DNA of 64,000 bases from NCBI GenBank assembly GCA_963848965.1, contig CAWKFG010000004.1, positions 160,001 to 224,000 of the forward strand, written 5' to 3'. The first letter of the stretch is position 1; every line of letters begins with the position of its first letter. Below, one piece after another: positions 59,873-64,000 of the stretch. Under the pieces are notes generated by a model. The model was not told the DNA's origin. It did not search any database and saw only the letters and a program-made list of their open reading frames with translations. This DNA is from an uncultured bacterium. Lineage in GTDB: Bacteria > Babelota > Babeliae > Babelales > Babelaceae. The position numbers were made by a program, and so were the translations under genes.

Positions 59873-59927
59873 CCTCTAAAGAAGCTGGCTGTGCCAGGCG
59901 TAGCTCCGTAGGAGCGAAGACTGGCGG
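59873..59927. repeat. 55-bp direct repeat, right copy, overlapping the tRNA-Asp 3' end
   Basis: 52/55 identical to 56870..56924. Confidence 0.9.
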
Positions 59928-59999
59928 GGCTGACGAGGCTCGAACTCGCGACCTTCCGCGTGACAGGCGGACGCTCTGACCAAACTGAGCTACAGCCCC
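59922..59999 (-). tRNA. tRNA-Asp(GTC)
   Basis: GGGGCTG/CAGCCCC acceptor, TCCGC-CT-GTC-AC-GCGGA arm, CCA. Confidence 0.95.
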
Positions 60000-60010
60000 G
60001 CTAAATTCTC

Positions 60011-60086
60011 TGGCTCCTCGGACAGGACTCGAACCTGTGACCTAACGATTAACAGTCGTGTGCTCTACCAACTGAGCTACCGAGGA
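60011..60086 (-). tRNA. tRNA-Asn(GTT)
   Basis: TCCTCGG acceptor, ACGA-CT-GTT-AA-TCGT arm, CCA. Confidence 0.95.
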
Positions 60087-60095
60087 AAAATTTAA

Positions 60096-60171
60096 TGGTG
60101 GGCGGTGCTGGACTCGAACCAACGACCACCAGTTTGTAAGACTGGTGCTCTACCAACTGAGCTAACCGCCC
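60096..60171 (-). tRNA. tRNA-Val(TAC)
   Basis: GGGCGGT acceptor, CCAGT-CT-TAC-AA-ACTGG arm, CCA. Confidence 0.95.
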
Positions 60172-60375
60172 TCTGTACTATTATTGTACCATACTTAGAG
60201 AATTATACAAGCCTAGGCTGCATTTTTATGCCTTTTTTAAGCGTTGCTTCGTCTAATTCATGGTAAGTAGAAAAAAAGTACCGTAAAAAAAAGAATTTGT
60301 CAAAAAAATATCACTTTTTTCTTAAATTTCGATTACACTTAAACAGGTTTAACATTTTATTGAAGCGAGGATCTT

Positions 60376-61284
60376 ATGGCGCGATTTGCTGATTATGTAA
60401 GGAATATCTTTTGGGTACTATTACTTTTACAGTTCCTTCCTGTATTTATTAAAAGTTTTAAGACCCACTACTCTGACCTTTTAGAAGCCAAAACTAAGGT
60501 GGGGGTCATCTGTATTGACGGAATAATCTACGAGTCAGATAAAAAGGTAAAAGAGCTTAAAAAGTTCTTTGAAGATAGTGATATAAAGGCTATTGTGCTT
60601 AAAATTGATTCTCCAGGAGGAGCTGCAGGCGGAGCTCAAGCACTGTATAACGAAATTAAACATTTTAAGAGTATTTATACAAATAAATATGTAATAGCTT
60701 ATGTTGAAAATATAGCCGCCTCTGGTGGGTACTATGTAGCATCTGCTGCAGACTATATTATTGCTACATCTGGGGCATTTATAGGAAGTATAGGTGTTTA
60801 TATTCAGCATCCTTATTTTAAAGATTTTATTGAACAATATAAGGTTAAATACGAAATAATAAAATCAGGTACCTATAAGGGTATGGGTAACATGTTTTTA
60901 GAACTCACTGATGAACAACGCAAGCTTTTACAAGGAGTTACTAATAACGTACACCAACAGTTTATTCGAGATGTAGCACAACAACGACCTGGCCTTGGGG
61001 ATACAAAGCTGTGGGGAGAAGCTCAAATATTTAGTGGAGAACAAGCTCTAAAGCTCAAGCTCATTGATGCTGTTGGCTCTCAGTCTACTGTTGTTAAAAC
61101 ACTAGAAGATAATGCCCACATTGAAGGCAAAATAGATTGGATAAAACCATCAAGAAAGCTTGGTATTCTTTCCTCACTTATTGGACAGGATAGCGATGAA
61201 GATAGTGGATCCTATCTTCATTCATTAGTCTCTACCGTATGTAAAGTAATTGAAGACCGTTATACGACCACTATTAGGACTTAA
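60376..61284 (+). CDS. sppA: Signal peptide peptidase SppA (short type)
   Basis: IDSPGG, AASGGYYVA, GSIGV, KSGTYK. Confidence 0.93.
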   Translation: MARFADYVRNIFWVLLLLQFLPVFIKSFKTHYSDLLEAKTKVGVICIDGIIYESDKKVKELKKFFEDSDIKAIVLKIDSPGGAAGGAQALYNEIKHFKSIYTNKYVIAYVENIAASGGYYVASAADYIIATSGAFIGSIGVYIQHPYFKDFIEQYKVKYEIIKSGTYKGMGNMFLELTDEQRKLLQGVTNNVHQQFIRDVAQQRPGLGDTKLWGEAQIFSGEQALKLKLIDAVGSQSTVVKTLEDNAHIEGKIDWIKPSRKLGILSSLIGQDSDEDSGSYLHSLVSTVCKVIEDRYTTTIRT

Positions 61285-62188
61285 GAGGAATTTCGGTAGG
61301 AGGTTCTGGCAAAGTTGAGGAAGTATCTTCAACTTTGCTTTCTTCTGTAAGTTCTGCTCCCTTTTGTAGAATATAGCAATAAGAAATACGTGATAAGTCA
61401 ATTAAAGGCTTTATCGTTATTGCATGACTAAAGCTTTCCGGTTCACAGCTTGCTATATAACCAAGTCCAAAACCACGAGGAAATATAAGTCCTTCACCAC
61501 TTGAAATAACCATATCTCCCTCTTCAACTGTATCAAGATGGTTAACAAAGGTAAGGCGAGTATGCAAAGTATTGTTAACTCCTTCGTGAATACCCTGCAC
61601 TCCATTTTTTGAGCAATAAGCGGCTACCTTACAAAGTTTATCAGTAATAAGCGTCACCTTGCTGTAATAAGGATATACTTCTGTTACACGTCCTATTAAA
61701 CAATTTTTATAGACTGCTATCATATTAGGTACAATACCCTTGTTTTTTCCTGCATCAATAAGAAAAAAGTGCAGTGGCCGATCAGTATCCTTTTCTTCAA
61801 CTACTTCTGTTTGCATACGATCACCAAAGCTTTTAAAAAGTACTTGAGCAAGTACGCCTTTATCTGTCTTATAACGCTGTGCAAAATCAGTAAGCTCTTT
61901 TGTACCATCTTTATAACTGAGTATCGACTTTGTTTCAATAAGCTGCTTTTGTAAATTTTCTACCTGCTCTAATGAACTTTGCAAAAGGGAATTCAACTCT
62001 TTATACGAGGCCTTTTGTTGCCACCACCCTTGCAGCGGATGTACAAACGTATGTTGCAACACTAAAAATGGATATATAAAAACAGAGGCAATACCGTCTA
62101 TACTCTTTGATTGTAAAGAAAGAAACCGGTGTACCCCTACAAATAACAAAACTATTATGATAAGCGCATAAAAAACTTTTTTAACCAT
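61274..62188 (-). CDS. mreC: Rod shape-determining protein MreC
   Basis: N-terminal TM plus coil, IDAGKNKGI, LIGRV, VISSGEGLIFPRGF. Confidence 0.9.
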   Translation of the reverse strand: MVKKVFYALIIIVLLFVGVHRFLSLQSKSIDGIASVFIYPFLVLQHTFVHPLQGWWQQKASYKELNSLLQSSLEQVENLQKQLIETKSILSYKDGTKELTDFAQRYKTDKGVLAQVLFKSFGDRMQTEVVEEKDTDRPLHFFLIDAGKNKGIVPNMIAVYKNCLIGRVTEVYPYYSKVTLITDKLCKVAAYCSKNGVQGIHEGVNNTLHTRLTFVNHLDTVEEGDMVISSGEGLIFPRGFGLGYIASCEPESFSHAITIKPLIDLSRISYCYILQKGAELTEESKVEDTSSTLPEPPTEIPLKS

Positions 62189-62271
62189 ACAGAGAGCTCT
62201 GTTAAGATAGTTATCATATATACTTGTTAGTATACCAGAGCTCTCTTAAAACGCTACGTCCAACAATGTTC

Positions 62272-63414
62272 TTAATCAAGTACCGCCATAAACGGTGCAA
62301 ATTTATAGAATTTATAGCGTTCACACAAAGAACGAATACGCGGCACTAAAAGCAATGTATTAAATGCAAGCGAAGAAAGATAGCGTAAACGTGGTAACAC
62401 TGATCCCATCTCTTTACTATATAGCTTTCTATAAAGCGCTTTTTGCTCTTCGCTGCGCCTCATTTCCTGCTCAATAATTGCATCTTCCGTATCTTTTTTA
62501 GGATTTTTAAGCGCACATAGTATCTTGTATTTAGCATTATTATGTCGTAGGTCAACATTCAAATGAAAGTCATTATGAAGTTGATAATGCTCAGTAAAAT
62601 TACGTATCACTGCAGGCATTTCAGAGACAATATTTTTAATATCGCTATGATCTGCATCATAACCATTGATCTGTGTAGATACGTTTATCACACGCCCTGC
62701 TTCACTGCCTACATTCTCTAAGCAATAATTTCTAAACGTTGTAAGCGGTGTATACCACATCTTCATAGCACCGCGCCACGCTTTATGAGCATCGGTTGCA
62801 CCTAACAATTGAATGAGATCACTTGAAGAATAGAAATTACATAGCATAGTAAAGTTACTTGGTCTATATGACTGATCACCTGCTATTACCGGTGTGCCAA
62901 AATGAATCATTAAGTCAATTTTACCTTTAATATGATTACTTGCGTAATTTACTACATTACCACCATGACTGTGAGCAATAGTGATAATACGATGTCCATG
63001 ATGCTCATCAATAACCTGAGCAAGGTGTTTTCCTGCTTCATAACGATAGTTGTGCCCATCGTACCCTGACCATCGATAGAATACAAGTCGTACAGGCGCT
63101 TTATATTCATCAGCAAGTTTTTGAGCATATACTTTTACGCCTGGGAAAAAGTACTGTGCTTCATTTTGATATTCTTTGCTTTCTGCAGCAAATGTACCGT
63201 GCACTACAATAAGTGCAATTGGTTCTTTGCTCTCTATCTCTTCAGGTGTATACAGTAACGTACGCCGTACTCCTAGAAGTTGCGGCGCCTTCCATGCTAA
63301 CATGCCATAAGCACCCGCGATATCTTCGCTTGTGAACTCTTTCCACGTTACAGCACCATATAAAGAGAGAATCAAACTGGATACTATCCACACACAGACA
63401 AATAATTTTTTCAT
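62272..63414 (-). CDS. Secreted alpha/beta-hydrolase (lipase-like)
   Basis: VVHGT, WSG, AHSHGGNV, FGTP; start placed at MKKLF. Confidence 0.8.
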   Translation of the reverse strand: MKKLFVCVWIVSSLILSLYGAVTWKEFTSEDIAGAYGMLAWKAPQLLGVRRTLLYTPEEIESKEPIALIVVHGTFAAESKEYQNEAQYFFPGVKVYAQKLADEYKAPVRLVFYRWSGYDGHNYRYEAGKHLAQVIDEHHGHRIITIAHSHGGNVVNYASNHIKGKIDLMIHFGTPVIAGDQSYRPSNFTMLCNFYSSSDLIQLLGATDAHKAWRGAMKMWYTPLTTFRNYCLENVGSEAGRVINVSTQINGYDADHSDIKNIVSEMPAVIRNFTEHYQLHNDFHLNVDLRHNNAKYKILCALKNPKKDTEDAIIEQEMRRSEEQKALYRKLYSKEMGSVLPRLRYLSSLAFNTLLLVPRIRSLCERYKFYKFAPFMAVLD

Positions 63415-63585
63415 GATACAACAAAACCTCCATAATAGATAAAAAACCATTTAATTTAAAGCTTTTTTATAGTATACGCGACAATACTTGTGTTGTCGAA
63501 AGGGGTAAAGAATGACAAAAATAATTGAAAATGCTATGATGGTGTAAAGTATTAAATAAAAGCATATTTCCACAAGGAGACCCTT

Positions 63586-64000
63586 ATGATCAAACATTCT
63601 ATTATAGTTCTCGCACACTTATTAATGCCCTTCTCTGCTTACTCACTGTTTACTGACGAACGCGGAGATGCTCTCATATATGCCATACGTATTGGCAATA
63701 TAGAACGTGTCAACAAAGCCTTACAAGATGGAGCATCAGTAAATTATTTAGAGGGATTCCCCCTTATTCTTGCCCTAGAAAACAACAGAGATGCTATAGC
63801 TCTACGACTTATTGAAGCAGGAGCAGATGTACATTTAAAAGAAGATGAAGCTTTCCTTATTGCAATTTCTCGTGAAAACCTAAATATGGTAAAACTTCTT
63901 TTAGCTCGTGGCGCTCAAATTAATAGACAGTCTGAAAACACTCTAACACGCGGATTTGAGGTTTTAGATGCTCCTAATGAAGGTTATGGCGCACCTTCTC
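63586..64000 (+). CDS. Secreted ankyrin-repeat protein, partial (runs off window)
   Basis: AAGGAG RBS; signal peptide MIKHSIIVLALLLMPFSAYS; ALIYAIRIGNIERV..ALQDGASVN, LIEAGADVH, MVKLLLARGAQIN. Confidence 0.85.
   Translation, partial: MIKHSIIVLAHLLMPFSAYSLFTDERGDALIYAIRIGNIERVNKALQDGASVNYLEGFPLILALENNRDAIALRLIEAGADVHLKEDEAFLIAISRENLNMVKLLLARGAQINRQSENTLTRGFEVLDAPNEGYGAPS

Larger units (their letters stand above)
56870..59927. mobile_element. Probable integrated cargo module at the tRNA-Asp 3' end; no intact integrase
   Basis: Bounded by 55-bp direct repeats whose right copy includes the tRNA 3' end; cargo typical of mobile DNA. Confidence 0.6.

Overview
AT-rich bacterial chromosomal segment. 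Gene content suggests a host-dependent intracellular bacterium, most likely Candidatus Dependentiae/Babelota (TM6); this taxonomic call is an inference. Roughly 1-42.6 kb and 60-64 kb are housekeeping genes (yicC, dnaE, PIN-PhoH, ATP-dependent ligase, pgsA, secD, hemW, serS, HU, tatD, RNase HI, gap, nfo, PGM/PMM, sbcC, peroxiredoxin, nupC, prfA, rpmE, sppA, mreC; six tRNAs in the whole window), interspersed with signal-peptide proteins carrying eukaryote-like domains (J-domain, WD40, phosphatase, ankyrin). Roughly 42.7-59.9 kb is an accessory zone ending at a tRNA-Asp/Asn/Val cluster. It holds ankyrin/LRR proteins, a decaying AAA+/DUF4143 ATPase family with 33-bp-phased palindromic upstream boxes, a nucleotidyltransferase, and a ~3 kb module bounded by 55-bp direct repeats carrying a YhcG nuclease, a CAAX protease and an NpmA/KamB-like 16S rRNA methyltransferase. 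The strongest candidate new system is a secreted effector set. Many members have a predicted mature N-terminus of Met-Glu/Asp/Asn directly after the signal peptide, several unrelated members end in a shared SOCS/VHL-box-like tail (xLxxxxxxxI/V...LPQ[ED]L), and some carry NLS-like motifs. All calls are by-eye motif recognition; no searches were run.
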